Source: Selaginella moellendorffii | Taxonomy: Eukaryota; Plantae; Lycopodiophyta | Assembly: GCF_000143415.4 (NCBI RefSeq) | Contig: NW_003314332.1 | Coordinates: 806,001-870,000, forward strand | Direction of reading: 5' to 3' | Length of the DNA stretch: 64,000 bases | Shown: piece by piece, positions 25,912 through 40,100 of the stretch | Layout: each line of letters begins with the position of its first letter | Position numbering within the stretch: position 1 is the first letter of the stretch | Translations under genes and position numbers: made by a program | The notes under the pieces: model-generated | Told to the model about the DNA's origin: nothing | Database searches by the model: none | Seen by the model: the letters and a program-made list of their open reading frames with translations, nothing else

Positions 25912-28900
25912 TGTAAGGAACCGACTCCCCGAGATGTCGTAGGCTAAAGGATCCCCAAAAGCTTGACCGAAATGACAAAGAGTTCATCGGATGGGACCAA
26001 GTCGAGGATCGAGTCCAAGACCGACTCTAGGACCGAGTTCGAGATAGAGTCCGGAATCGAGTCCGAGACCGACTCGGGGACCGAGTTCGAGTCCGAGTTT
26101 GAGACCGAGTTCAAGACGGAGTCCGAGATCCGAAATCGGGTCCGAGATCGAGTCCGAGATCGAGTCCGAGACCGAATCCGAAGTCGGATCCGAAATCGGG
26201 TCCGAGATCGAGCCAGAGACTAAGTCCAAATACTAATACGGGTCAAGGGGTGAAAGCCCAAAGCGTGCGTCTCCCAGGGGGGGGGGGGCTGCAGGGGGTT
26301 CCAAAAGTATAGTAGGGATAGTGAGGTCCAGGAACCAGTTTTGAAGGGACTCTCTAGTTGGGCTTCCAAACCGACTTGAGGTTGAGACTGGGACCGAGGG
26401 GCCTTGGGTGGGAGTGAGCATGGACTTGGCTGGTGCTGGAGGGGCCATCCAAGGAAGTGCTCAAGAGCAGCTCCCACTCCCGAAAGGGAAACCGACTGCA
26501 GTGCTCCTGACTCAGGTGGAGTGGTGCCCCACTTGAGTACCTTGTGGCTCATTGGTCCTCGCCCTTCCGGGGGCTTGGACCTTCCCTTCGGGATGGAAGA
26601 GGGGGGGTAGAGGTACCCATACCGGGCCGTTAGGCCACGATGTTTCGCCCCGATGTCCCGAAGCAAGTGCTGCACCCAAGACTTGGGATTTAGAGGGTCC
26701 CATGATCAAGTCTTGTGGTACCAAGGGGTGTTAGGAATCTGGAGGCTTGGTGTGCTTGGCTGCTTGTGCATGCGGGGAGTGTAGCCGAACCTTAAGTCCA
26801 GTCTAACCCGGGGAGGGGGATTGGGAGAGATGTGGGAATCCGTAGATGGATGGCTAACACTCCGTTGCTCATGCAGTGAGTAGCTGAAACCATGTAGGAC
26901 CAAGTAGGAGCTGGTACCATAGGCGAGAACCTTGGCAAGGGAACTTAGCACAAGCCAAGGCAGAGTTGGTCGGATAGACGAGGTAAGCTGGCAAATTGGA
27001 AAGGAAAAATTTGTGGCTTACAATTTGGTATCGGAGCCTCTTCCTCAGTTCTAGCGAAGGATAGAGGCGGATTGCTGGGAGATGGCAAGGGCAGGACGTA
27101 AGCGAACCCAGGCGGAGACGGAACCTCCTCCAGAGCTGGAGCCTCCGGTCGAACAAGAGGTTATGGATGAGGAATCGTTGCATGAGGACTCCAGTGAGGC
27201 AACTTCCAAACAGGAGTCCGATGGTGAGGTTCGGTCGTCCAAGGCTCGATTGGACGTTCTAGAAGGACAATTGGCACAGACCAATGCCCTGCTAGAGACT
27301 CTCGTACGCAAGCTAAAGCGTGACAAGAAGCGAAAGAAAAAGTGAAAGACTGCGGATGCTGGCAGCGCAGAAGGTGCGGACCCTTCGGCAGGGACTGAGG
27401 CAAAACCAGACAAGGTCGAACAGACCGAAGTGGAATCAGTCCCCCAGGCAGTTCCCAAGTACAAACCAAAGCCCCCACCGGTCTTCAAGGGAGTGAACGA
27501 CTATAAGGTGGTGGAGGATTGGTTTTACGATATGGAGGACTACTTCCGAGCGTTGCGATTACCAAGCTCGGAGAAAGTCCCATGTGCAAAACCATACTTG
27601 GCAGATAATGCCAAGTCTTGGTGGAGAACGACAGAGGCCAACGAAGGACCGGTGGCCACTTGGGAAATGATGAAGGCGAGGATCCGCGCAACTTACGTTC
27701 CTCCGAATGCTACTCTGCATCTAAGGGACGAGCTGAGTAGGCTGAAGCAGACCGGAACCATTCAGGAGTATGTGAATGGGTTTATGGCAAAGAGGATACT
27801 TGTCACGGACATGGGGGATATGGATGCGTTCCATGCCTTCATATCAGGTTTGCAAACCTGGGCTCGCGGCGAAGTAATGCGGTGGAACCCGACCAACTAC
27901 AAAGAAGCGTTGGATGCGGCCATCAAGGTGCATTTCAATGATAACCTGCGAAAGAGGAACATGACGGGGTCGGGATCCACGTTTAGCAAAGGGGCCAAAC
28001 CAAGGGGAACGTTTAGCAGAGGGAAATTCAAGAAGAGTTTCTCTAAGAATGAGTCCTCGGGGTTCCAGAAAGGCAAATCCGGTGGCCAGCGAGCGAGTAC
28101 GTGGGGGAGTCAGGCGAAAAGAGACAAACCCACAGATAAGAAGGTCAAGTCATATAGCAGCGTGGGAAACAATGTATGCTACAACTGCGGTGAAGCGGGA
28201 CACTTCTCGAGGGAATGTCCCTACCCGAAGAAGGCCAAAGCCAATATGGCCATCAAGTCGGGTGAAGTCCAAACAGAGGTATGTGATCCAGTCCCTAACT
28301 CCAAGTTACTCATTACACGAGCAACTTTGGTAGAGAGTCGTTCGCGACATTTACTAGCCCTCCGAGGGAAGCTCGGAGGTAGCTTTGTTAAAATCCTTAT
28401 TGACACGGGTGCTTCGGATAATTTTGTGGCTGCAAACATAGTCCGGCAAGCCGGACTAATGGTGCAGCGGCTAGGCGAACCAAGGACTATAGAGTTTGTT
28501 CAAGGTAGCCAAAGCACCGATGAGGTACTTTGACAAGCGAGAGTCGAAGTGGGGACTTGGAAGGTGGACATGGACTTCACCGTGTTGGACATGGCGGGAT
28601 TTGACGTGATCTTCGGAATGGACTGGTTCAATGGATTCGTGGTAGCCCTGCATGGACAAGGTAGAAACCTTGTGGTACTGGCGAATGCCCAAGGAAGAAG
28701 ATCTAGGGTGGAGGCCCAAGATCTAAAGGTAGGGCAAAGCAAGGCCAAAGATTCCTGCTTAAACCTGGTGTCCACGAGGGGACAACTCACTAAAGGAACT
28801 AAGGCGGCCTTTTTGTGCTTACTCTCGGTGAAGAGTGACAAAAAGACAAGAATGGAAGAAGTACCTTTAGTGATCCAACGGGTGTTGGACCAATTCCAGG

Positions 28901-31661
28901 ATACCATGCCGGAGGAGCTACCGGCGGGGCTACCCCCAGCACGACCGATAGAACATAAGATTGAGCTGGTCGAGGGTGCTGAGGCAGTGGTTCGTCCCCC
29001 TTATCGTTTGAACGAAAAAGAACTCAAGGAGCTCAAGTGCCAACTAGAGGAGTTGGTGGACAAAGGGTATGTTAGGTTGAGCAAGTCGCCGTATGGGGCG
29101 CCGGTGTTATTTGTGAAAAAGAAAGATGGATCTATGCGCATGTGCATAGACTACCGCTTGCTCAACAAGTATACAAAGAAGAACAAGTACCCTTTGCCAA
29201 GGATTGAGGACCTGTTCGATAGGTTGGGAAAGGCAAAATACTTCTCGAGGATTGACCTAAGGTCAGGATACTACCAGATCAGGGTAGCCGAGGAAGATGT
29301 CGAGAAGACAACCTGTCGAACGAGGTATGGGAGCTTTGAGTTTCTGGTGATGCCCTTCGGGCTATGTAATGCGCCGGCAACGTTTTCGGCGCTAATGAAC
29401 CACGTCTTTGTACCCTATCTGGATCACTTCGTGGTCGTCTATATCGACGACATCCTGATCTATAGCGAGACACTAGAGGAGCATGCCGAACACTTGGCGA
29501 AGGTGTTTGAGAAACTAAGGGAACACAAGCTGTATGCTAAAGAGAGCAAATGTGACTTTGCTCAACAAGAGGTAAAGTTTCTCGGGCATGTGGTGGGCCA
29601 GGACGGGCTCAAGGTGGACCCGGAGAAGGTCCAAGCGATCCAGGAATGGGAGCGACCATCCAATGTACACGAGTTGAGGGCATTCCTGGGGCTATGCAAC
29701 TACTATCGAAAGTTTATCAGACACTATTTGAGAGTAGCCCTGCCCTTAACGGACCAAACAGGAAAAGGGAAGATGGTGTGGACAGTGGAATGCGAGGCGG
29801 CATTCGTCCACCTCAAAGGGAAGTTGAGGAAGGCTCCCGTATTGGCATTACCAGACTTTGGTAAGGACTTTGAGGTAGAAACGAATGCTTCGGACTTTGC
29901 GTTGGGCGCAGTTTTGAAGCAAGACAACCATCCGGTAGCGTTCTTCTCGAAGAAGCTGGACAAGGCTCAACGGAAGTGGCCTGCCCACGAGAAGGAATTG
30001 TTTGCGGTGGTCAAGGCGCTCAAGGAGTGGCGACACTACCTTGGGAGACACTTCAAGGTTTACACGGACAATGTGGCAACGAAACACTTCTTGTCACAGC
30101 CCGACCTAAGAGGGAAACAAGGTCGGTGGGCCAACGCAAGTGGCATATGTTGAGTCCCGAAGGCGCACCAAAGGTAAGCTAATTAGCATGGGTTGGATAG
30201 GTCGACCAGGCGTAGGGCACTACGCCCGACTCCCCGCGGGGATGTCGAATCCGTAAACGTATTCTACGGAGGTTGGGTTCGAGTCCCAACCCCCTAGTAA
30301 AGCAAGGCTGGGTTCAAGTCCCGACCCCATACTAAGGCGTGGTGAGGTGATGAGTATAGGGACACCTATATTCCGTTGTCATGGGCTCTTGGCCGGGGAG
30401 GCTAACTTAGTGGGGGGATGCCCCCGGAGACATGGTCAACAAGTTGTAGGTTAAAACGAGACGTTCGATGTGGGCATCGAACTTCTTCTATGGGTGGTGG
30501 AGTTGTAAGGAACCGACTCCCCGAGATGTCGTAGGCTAAAGGATCCCCAAAAGCTTGACCAAAATGACAAAGAGTTCATCGGATGGGACCAAGTCGAGGA
30601 TCGAGTCCAAGACCGACTCTAGGACCGAGTTCGAGATAGAGTCCGGAATCGAGTCCGAGACCGACTCGGGGACCGAGTTCGAGTCCGAGTTTGAGACCGA
30701 GTTCGAGACGGAGTCTGAGATCCGAAATCGGGTCCGAAACTGAGTCCGAGGTCGAGTCCGAGGTCGGGTCCGAGATCGGGTCCGAGATCGAGTCCGAAAT
30801 CGAGTCTGAGACCGAATCCGAAGTCGGATCCGAAATCGGGTCCGAGATCGAGCCAGAGACTAAGTCCAAATACTAATACGGGTCAAGGGGTGAAAGCCCA
30901 AAGCGTGCGTCTCCCAGGGGGGGGGGGCTGCAGGGGGTTCCAAAAGTATAGTAGGGATAGTGAGGTCCAGGAACTAGTTTTGAAGGGACTCTTCAGTTGG
31001 GCTTCCAAACCGACTTGAGGTTGAGACTGGGACCGAGGGGCCTTGGGTGGGAGTGAGCATGGACTTGGCTGGTGCTGGAGGGGCCATCCAAGGAAGTGCT
31101 TAAGAGCAGCTCCCACTCCCGAAAGGGAAACCGACTGCGGTGCTCCCGACTCAGGTGGAGTGGTGCCCCACTTGAGTACCTTGTGGCTCATTGGTCCTCG
31201 CCCTTCCGGGGGCTTGGACCTTCCCTTCGGGATGGAAGAGGGGGGGTAGAGGTACCCATACCAGGCCGTTAGGCCACGGTGTTTCGCCCCGACGTCCCGA
31301 AGCAAGTGCTGCACCCAAGACTTGGGATTTAGAGGGTCCCATGATCAAGTCTTGTGGTACCAAGGGGTGTTAGGAATCTGGAGGCTTGGTGTGCTTGGCT
31401 GCTTGTGCCTGCGGGGAGTGTAGCCGAACCTTAAGTCCAGTCTAACCCGGGGAGGGGGATTGGGAGAGATGTGGGAATCCATAGATGGATGGCTAACACT
31501 CCGTTGCTCGTGCAGTGAGTAGCTGAAACCACGTAGGACCAAGTAGGAGCTGGTACCATAGGCGAGAACCTTGGCGAGGGAACTTAGCACAAGCCAAGGC
31601 AGAGTTGGTCGGATAGACGAGGTAAGCTGGCAAATTGGAAAGGAAAAATTTGTGGCTTACA
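25912..31661 (+). mobile_element. Ty3/gypsy LTR retrotransposon, family B (integrase deleted)
   Basis: LTRs 25912-27022 and 30504-31661; TSD CTGCG (25907-25911 / 31662-31666); PBS TGGTATCGGAGC; PPT GGGTGGTGGAGT. Confidence 0.95.
27082..30153 (+). pseudogene. gag-pol (Gag, CCHC knuckle, aspartic protease, RT, RNase H); two in-frame TGA stops, no integrase
   Basis: ORFs starting at 27082, 27430 and 28549 share one frame. Motifs: [58 protein letters not shown]. Confidence 0.93.
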
Positions 31662-34291
31662 CTGCGGCTCTCAGCTTCTGTTCACGAGGGCGTGAATTTG
31701 CAGGGAAGAATGGTGGATTGTAAACAACTAAAGGGAACGACTCGAGAGACGATCCATAGAGGTTCAAATATAGAGGGAAAGGGCCCATGAACAAGAGTGC
31801 ACCCCCTTTTCCAATCGGTTAAGGGTTTTGGGATATTTGGGGTTAAGTGTCCTTGGGTTTGAATAGTACTGGGCTGGGTGACTTCCCGGGAAGTCCAAAC
31901 TCAGGAGCTTACATGCTAGAAGGCATGCGGTTAGAGTGTGGTGACCCAGATAATGATGGAGGTGTGGAAGCACCAGCAATGAGTTGTAAGCAACTAAGCA
32001 AAATGTGCAAATAAATCGTTAAGCTGGTAGAAAGCAGCTACCTAAGACTTCTTGTTCGGATAAGGAAGTTAGATATACTCTTATGGGGGAGAAATTGCTT
32101 ATGTTACGATATAGTAAGTCAATGTCATAAAGGGAATGCTCATTGTCAAAGAAGCCATCATTGGGACACTGAAGCACTCTGGAACACCAGGAGGTGGTGT
32201 TTGGTGCCGTGAGGGCACGGATAATGCCCAAGGGACAAAGTCCCTAGTGAATGATGGATAGGAGGTGCTATCCAAATGTCCAAGGTTGTGGAGACAGGGG
32301 AAGTCTGTCTACCCGAATAAGACAAAGCCAAAAAGGGATTTTGGCAAGGCTAGTGATGGGCATATAAGGGCCCATAAGTAACAACGGTAATCCTAGGGTA
32401 TGGGATTACAAGGTGAGCAAACTCGGATTGAGGAACCACTCCTAGGCTGTCAGGTAGGTTCATCCCCATGAATACTTGCCAAAGCATGGTAGAAAGTGCA
32501 AAGCTATCTTCCTAGTCTGGAGGAGAATGACCAAAGGAAATATACGAGGCCAAAAGGCAAGTAGTAAAGGGATAAAACCAAACCATAGGAATTTGGTATG
32601 ACCAAGGGTGGTTATGCAAGTTAGGAGTGGTGAATCAAGTGGGCGCTCAAGCATATTGTTACTAGGATGCTATGGAGAGTCTAAAACATGGGATTGTCCA
32701 TGTTAGACTATATGGCAATTGGAAAGCTTGTGAAAGGAGAGACATTAGCAAGCTCAGGAACATAGTTCCTTGAACGTTCCTCCTAGGTAGATAAGTACCT
32801 AGACATCCAAGTGTAAATGGTTTATAGAACGCGTGAAATCAAAGTGGCGCAGCAGAAGCGTGGTCTTGAAGCTTGTTGAGAGGCGAGGCTATCAATGTTA
32901 GAGAAGTAGTTCCCGAGTGTTCAAAGAGAGGGCTTTGAACGAAAGTCGATGGTTAAGGACTTTCACGCTTATGCATGAACCATGTTATAGTGGCTGGATG
33001 ACTTGCTAAGTGAGATTGGCAAATCGAGGGGAACAAATACCCTAGTTGAAGGAGCCAACTTCAAAGGGGTGGCCCATGGGGCCGAGCATAGAGGAGTCCG
33101 TGCATGATCACAGACATGTCAAGTGAGAGGACTTGGCAGTGCAGAGGAACTAGGTTCCTAAACTGTGATCTGTAGCGCGCTTTAAATATAAGTTGGTGCA
33201 CCAGCGTGGGGAGTCACACCAGACATCTTGGGTGATGCCGTCCGTAGATGCATATACGGAGGTTGGGTTCGAGTCCCGACCCTCTAGTGCTTGGGTTCGA
33301 GTCCCAAATCACTAGGGCGTGGTGATGGTTTGGAATATGAGGACACTCATATTTCGGTGGTCATGGACTCTTAGTGGCGAGACTGGCTTGGGCACACCGC
33401 CAAGCGGGGGATACTCCGGAGTCGTGATGCACGGTTAGATTGCTTAGTGTGGCTTAGCATATTTAACTTGAACACTTTGGTGCAAAGGGCACCAAAGACG
33501 TGGTGAATGGGATGGGGACACCCAGTCTTAGTTGCTATGGACCCTTGGCCGAAAGGGCTGGCTTGGGTGCACCGCCAAGTGTGGGGGATGCCCCTGGGGT
33601 CATGGTGAACAACTTAAAGGTCTAGAAGACTTAGTACCTGTTGGCGAACCTGATAAGGTGCTAAGGTTAGATCACTAAGTGATCTTATGGCTAAAACAAG
33701 GATAAGGTCCTTGTGAGGTTAAGGGATAAAGTTCCAAGCTCAAAGTGTTGATTGGAACTATTAATGATGGTGTGGCTTGGTCAAGGTGACCAAGTGGGAA
33801 GAGCACCTAAGAGAAATAAGCTGTATCCGTGCGATGGTATAGTGAGTCCGAGGAAAGTAGTCTCTATAAGAGACCCATATGAGGGTCACGAAGTTGGGTC
33901 GTGGATAGAGCACAGCAGAAGATGCTAGAGAGACGTACTAAGGGTGAACACCCTCCGGACTTGGCAAAGGAGAGTCTTTGCTATGGAACCGAAAGGATAC
34001 CTCAAAAATGGAGGTAGCGATCTTATGTTGCTAAGTGCAACAATCAAGGATAGGAGCAAAAGACTAGTGGCTAAGTAAAGAGCCATGGGAATCATGGGAA
34101 AGAATCCAAATGGCAAAGTCAGGCCAAGAACACTAAAGTGTGGGGTGCTAACGTATTGTGGGAAAAGCAATGTGTTCCCAAGGATGGATTCCCAATTGCT
34201 CCCATTTGGCAAAAGCGGAAGCTCTAAGGGTGGGAGCAGTAAGGTAGCTAAATAATAGGGCCGTGGACAATTTTAGCACAAATTACAATGT

Positions 34292-35565
34292 AGCATGTAA
34301 CTTCTTGCTCCCTTCGTCACATGCATTTTTAACAAAGGTTTTCTCCTCCTTGTTTTCCCTGATGGGTGATGGCTCCACTTACTTGTGATGCTGAATGAAC
34401 TGATGTTCCTGGTGTGACCACCAAGTCCGGATCCAAGTGGGCAATTCCCTTGTCTTGAACTTGGGTGAGCTCAGTCGCATGGGGGCTTGGTGGGGAGTTG
34501 GGTTCTGAGGTGACTAACGCAAAACATGTATGTGCCTGCATGCCCTTTGCGCATGCACTAAGTAAGCATGTGGTGGAGGACATATGCTCCGTGCTATTCA
34601 GCGGCCTTTTGGAATCTCGAGCAGGGGATACATTTCCACCTGGCGAAAGGATCGGTCGCTGAATAGCATGGCAAAGTTTTCTCCCTTTGTGTGACTGATG
34701 GGTGATGGCTGCACTCACTTGTGATGCTGAATGAACTGATGTTCCTAGTGTAACCACTAAGTCTAGATCCAGGCGGGCAATTCCCTTGTCTTGAACTTGG
34801 GTGAGCTCAGTCGCATGGGGGCTTAGTGTGGCAGCTGGGTTCTAAGGTGACCGATGTGGAGCATGTATGTGTGCCTACATGCCCTTCGAGTGCACACTAT
34901 CCCTGTCCCGCCACTCCTTGGGGGCACTCCTAGACCTCCTTGGTGGTGAGTAGCAAGTATGGGTGACGGCATCCACTGACTTGTGTGATGCCGATCTAGG
35001 AACTTCTGTTCCTGGATCATCTGAAGTGTGTTGAGCACAGTAAGATCGTTGACATTCAGGACATCACAAACCCATTGCTATATGTGATTGGTATGTGGTG
35101 TTTACTCTCAATGAAGGTGACCTCGTGCTCTTTTGCACATATGGTTCGGTTTGTCTCAATGTTACACTGGAAGAATCGAAGTCTTGTGGGTTTAGCAAGG
35201 GTGGTGTGGGTGATACCACAGCCAGCCTTGCTTGCCTACACTGTTGCATTGTTCTCAAGGTTTGGACTTGTTCCTGCCTTGATTTCATTGTAGCTCAGTT
35301 ATTACCTTTGGACTGATGCTCAAGTAGGGGCTCATGCATCAGGTAGCCAAGGTCCAGTCCAAGTCCGGCCAGGGTGGGCAAAGGCTGTGCGTGTGTGTTC
35401 TCACCGTGCGTAGGCTTCACTCAGCTGCTGAGGGCTTTGGCTTGCCTTGGCACTTGAAGCATGACCCTTGCCAGCAGTGGCATCCTAGTTAATGTTGGCT
35501 GTGCATTGCCTTTGCTCCATCTCTGGGTGCTAGGACCTATGTGCCTTGCATCCTCAGACAGTAGC
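34292..35565 (+). repeat. rDNA 5' ETS part 2 (subrepeats, then unique sequence to 18S)
   Basis: Repeats homologous to 2811-3330; contiguous with the 18S start. Confidence 0.75.
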
Positions 35566-36497
35566 TACCTAGTTGATCCTGCCAGCAGTCATATGCTTGT
35601 CTCAAAGATTAAGCCATGCATGTGTAAGTATAAACTGCTTTGTACTGTGAAACTGCGAATGGCTCATTAAATCAGTAATAGTTTATTTGATGGTACCTTA
35701 CTACTCGGATAACCATAGTAATTCTAGAGCTAATACGTGCAAAGAGTCCCGACCTCTGGAAGGGATGCACTTACTAGATTCAAGGCCGATGCGGGCTCGC
35801 CCATATTCTTGGTGATTCATGGTAACTTGTCGAATCACGTGGCCCTCGTGCCAGCGATACTTCAATCAAATTTCTGCCCTATCAACTTTCGATGGTAGGA
35901 TAGAGGCCTACCATGGTGGTGACAAGTAACAGGGAATTATTAGGGTTTGATTCTGGAGAGGGAGCCTGAGACACGGCTACCACATCCAAGGAAGGTAGCA
36001 GGCGCACAAATTACCCAATCTCGATACGGGGAGGTAGTGACAATAAATAACAATACCGGGCTTTCAAAGTACAATCTAAATCTCTTAACGAAGATCCATT
36101 GGAGGGCAAGTCTTGTGCCAGCAGTCGTGGTAATTCCAGCTCCAATAGTGTATATCAAAGTTGTTGCAGTTAAAAAGCTCGTAGTTGGATCTCGGGACGG
36201 GGCGAATGGTCCGCCCTTGCGGGTGTGCACTGGTCACCCCATCCTTTGAGTCAGTGACACTACTCTGGTCTTTACTGGCTGGGGTGCGGAGTCAGCGATG
36301 TTACTTTGAAAAAATTAGAGTGCTTAAAGCAGGCTCGTGCTCTGAATACATTAGCATGGAATAATGCTATAGGACTCTGGTCCTATTGTGTTGGTCTCCG
36401 GGATCGGAGTAATGATTAATAGGGACAGTTGGGGGCATTTGTACTCCATTGTCAGAGGAAATTCTTGGATTTATGGAAGACGAACTACTGCGAAAGA

Positions 36498-36529
<32 letters not shown>

Positions 36530-36530
36530 A

Positions 36531-36567
<37 letters not shown>

Positions 36568-36650
36568 ATCTCAACCATAAATGATGCCGACTAGGGATTG
36601 GCGGATGTTATTTGGATGACACTGCCAGCACCTCATGAGAAATCAAAGTC

Positions 36651-36709
<59 letters not shown>

Positions 36710-37116
36710 AACCACCAGGAGTGGAGCCTGCGGCTTAATTTGACTCAACACGGGGAAACTTACCTGGTCCAGACATAGTAAGGATTGATAGATTGAGAGC
36801 TCTTTCTTGATTCTATGGGTGGTGGTGCATGGCCGTTCTTAGTTGGTGAAGTGATTTGTCTGGTTAATTCTGTTAACGAATGAGACCTCAGCTTGCTAAC
36901 TAGCTACTCGGAGGTTTCCTCCGAGGCCAGCTTCTTAGAGGGACTATTCGCTTCCAGCGGATGGAAGTTTGAGGCAATAACAGGTCTGTGATGCCCTTAG
37001 ATGTTCTGGGCCGCACGTGCACTACACTGATGAACTCAACGAGTGCGTGCCTGTGCCGAAAGGCTCGGGTAATCTTTTGAAATTTCATTGTGATGGGGAT
37101 AGATAATTGCAATTAT

Positions 37117-37160
<44 letters not shown>

Positions 37161-40100
37161 ACGTTGACTATGTCCCTGCCCTTTGTACACACCGCCCGTC
37201 ACTCCTACCGATTGAAGTGTTCGGATTGCAGCGATGCTGACGGTTCGCCGTCGGCGACGCTGTGAGAAGTTCATTAAACCTTATCATTTAGAGGAAGGAG
37301 AAGTTTGTAAGCGACTAATTTTTCCATTCTACTTTAGTCACTTAACCACACCTCCGACCACTTGGAGGAGTCTCATTCACAACCTCCATAAGTCCAATTC
37401 AGGACTTGGGGCTTGCTAGCCCCGAGAATGGCATCCATGCCACTCAACCTTTGCACTTGGTCCAAGTGCTCCACGTGTCCGATCCCATGACCGACACCCA
37501 AAGGTACCACTGACATCTCGGCCCGTCACGCTAAGGCCATGCCCATTCACCTTTGCTGTGCAAATGGTCCAATACCACTTGCATCACCATCCCGTCTCTC
37601 CAAGACTGGGCCATCTGTCTACGAGGGGTCATCCTAGATCCACTCCTTAGCATCCTTAGGATGCCCACAGACCTGGGGAATCACCTTCCCCAAAGTCCCT
37701 TTGTCAGTTCCTACCAAGTCCCTTTCTGCCCCTGGCCGTGTTTGCCAACACTGCCACTGGATCGAGGCCCACAGGCCCGACCACTAAGTCCCACGGTCCT
37801 CTGGGACTTCCTCACCACACGACTGTGTCCTTGGTCACTACCCCAGAGGACTGCTCCTCTTCCTTTCCACAGTCTGGGCCTTTGGGACGACATTTCGGAA
37901 CACCGTGGCCTTACGCGAGCCACCTGGGTACTCTCCCCACCTATCGCCTTTAGGTGCTCTAGCCATGGGCTTAGAGCGAGGTTCCGTTGAGCCACGCCTA
38001 GTATCCAAGTAGGTAGTGCCACCCACACTTGGACTGGGAGCATCGGCCAGTCGATCTCCCGGGGGAACTAGAGCCGGCTCTTGAACACTTCGCCAAGCTA
38101 CCCCGCTTGTCGGTCCGTATTCACTCTAGTCTTGGACTTCCCAGTGGTCAGTTCATCACCCAACACTGGGTCTGGCCTTCCTGGGCCAAACTGGCCTTTC
38201 CTGGCCAAACTGGCTCCACTGCAGTCCTCCCCCCCTTACTATACTTTTGGAGCTCACCAAACCCCCCAGGGTCTGGGAGACGAACGCTTTGGGCTTTCAC
38301 CCTCTCAGGCTCCGGACTCGGACTCGGACTCGGACTCGGACTCGGATTCGGATTCGGACTCGGACTCGGGCTCGGGCTTGGTCTCGGCCTCGGCCTCGGT
38401 CTCGGTCTCGGTCCCGATCTCGGTCTCGGTCTCGGTCTCGGTCCCGGTCTCGGTCTCGGTCTCGACTTCGGACTCCATCTCGGACTCCATCTCGGACTCC
38501 ATCTCGGACTCCATCTCGGACTCCATCTCGGACTCCATTTCGGACTCCATCTCGGGTCCATCTCGGGTCCATCTCGGACTCCATCTCGGACTCCATCTCA
38601 GGTCCATCTCGGACTCCATCTCGGACTCCATTTCGGGTCCATCTCGGGTCCACCTCGGACTCCATCTCGGACTCCATCTCGGACTCCATCTCGGGTCCAT
38701 CTCGGACTCCACTTCGGACTCCAGCTCGGGTCCACCTCGGCGTCCATCTCGGACTCCATCTCGGACTCCACTTCGGACTCCAACTCGGGTCCATCTCGGG
38801 TCCACCTCGGACTCCACTTCGGACTCCATCTCGGACACTCCCACGTGTCATGTGTTGGTCCTTTTGGGTCCCTTTTTGGAGCCTCGCCTTTTGCTCGCTT
38901 CGTGCTCGTTCCTCGAGCACTTCGTTGGGAGTTTCACTCCCGCTCTTGACTTTTCAAGTCGGAGCTTTTGGTCCAAACGTGTTACGCTCGTTTGGCTTTC
39001 GCTTCAGCCACTACCACGTGGCACCCTTTCCGGCTCCACTTTGGGGCCTAGGGATTTTGTGTCTCACAACTCCACCACCCATCGACGAAGTTCGATGTCC
39101 TCATCGAACGGTAAACCCTTTCATAAAGTAACACCCACACGTGTTACCATTTCCATCCTTGGCACCTAGCCAATCTTTGTCTATGGTTTGACATCAAAGG
39201 CTCACCATGCCTTGTCCATCCTTTAAGGGGCGTAGTCTCTCCAACTTAGAGACTGATTGGACCACATGTAATGGTTCTCCCCTTTTATTGGTTTAGTTCT
39301 CGCTAAACCTCTTAGAGACCCTTCTCTAAGTCAATCCCACTACTCCTTCTCGAGTAGTCTCAATTTCCATCTATTGAATGTTTGCACCTTGGAACTTTTA
39401 CTCTTTTGACTTTTTGGAAGTCAATTTACTAGGTGTCTCCAAAACCTTGCATTGCACAGATTGTGCAACTCCACTTCCCTATCCTAGGAAGTTCATTACT
39501 TGAGGGCACCATCATCCTCTCTTCTATTTCGTGCCACCTTGGGCAAAGTTCCATTTATCATACTTTGTGCTAGGGCTGTCCATGGCCCTATCATTTGGCT
39601 ACCTTACCGCTCCCTCACTTGGAGCCTTTACTTCGCCAAATTGGAGCACTTAGGAATCCGTCCTTGAAAGTCCGCTTCCTTTCCCACAAGCTGTTAGCAT
39701 CGAACACATTAGTGTTCCTTGGCTAACTTTGCCATTTGGATCCCTTCCATTAAATTCCATGGCCCAAACTTTGGCCACTAGTCCTTTGCTCCTATCCTTG
39801 ATTGTTGCACCCAGCAACATCGGATCGCTACCTCCATTTTTGAGGTATCCTTTTGGTTCCATAGCAAAGACTCTTCTTTGCCAAGTCCGGAGGATGTTCA
39901 CCCCTAGTATGTCTCTTTAGCATATTCTGCTATGGGCTCTATCCATGGCCCAACTTCGTGACCCTCCCATGGGTCTTTTATAGAGACTACTTTCCTCGGA
40001 CTTACTATGCCATCGGACGGACATAGTTTATTTCCCTTAGGTGCTCTTCCCACTTGGTCATCACGACCAAGCCACACCATCTTAAACAGTTCAATTTCAA

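Larger units (their letters stand above)
25564..31913 (+). mobile_element. Cassandra-type TRIM with 5S rRNA-derived LTRs, interrupted by element B
   Basis: 195-bp LTRs at 25564-25758 and 31719-31913 (TGTAA..TTACA). 5S-like core GTTAAGCGTCCTTGGG..TAGTACTGGGCAGGGTGACCTCCCGGGAAGTCC (25687-25741). PBS TGGTATTAGAG; ~200-bp internal region; TSD TGCTG/TGCTA. Confidence 0.92.
3331..34291 (+). mobile_element. Family A non-autonomous LTR retroelement, copy A0 (3'-truncated; hosts nested insertions)
   Basis: 5' LTR 3331-4975 (TGTGA..TTACA); PBS TGGTATTGGAGC after 4975. Internal pieces 4976-5810, 25243-25563 and 31919-34291 are collinear with the reverse complement of the other A copies. No 3' LTR; joins ETS subrepeat at ~34292. 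Confidence 0.85.

Noticed and set aside
33262-33310. tRNA genes or tRNA-derived SINE
   Set aside because: Only T-arm-like hairpins; no D arm, anticodon arm or acceptor stem is recognisable.
35940-37419. ORFs within 18S and 26S regions
   Set aside because: Chance ORFs in rRNA sequence.
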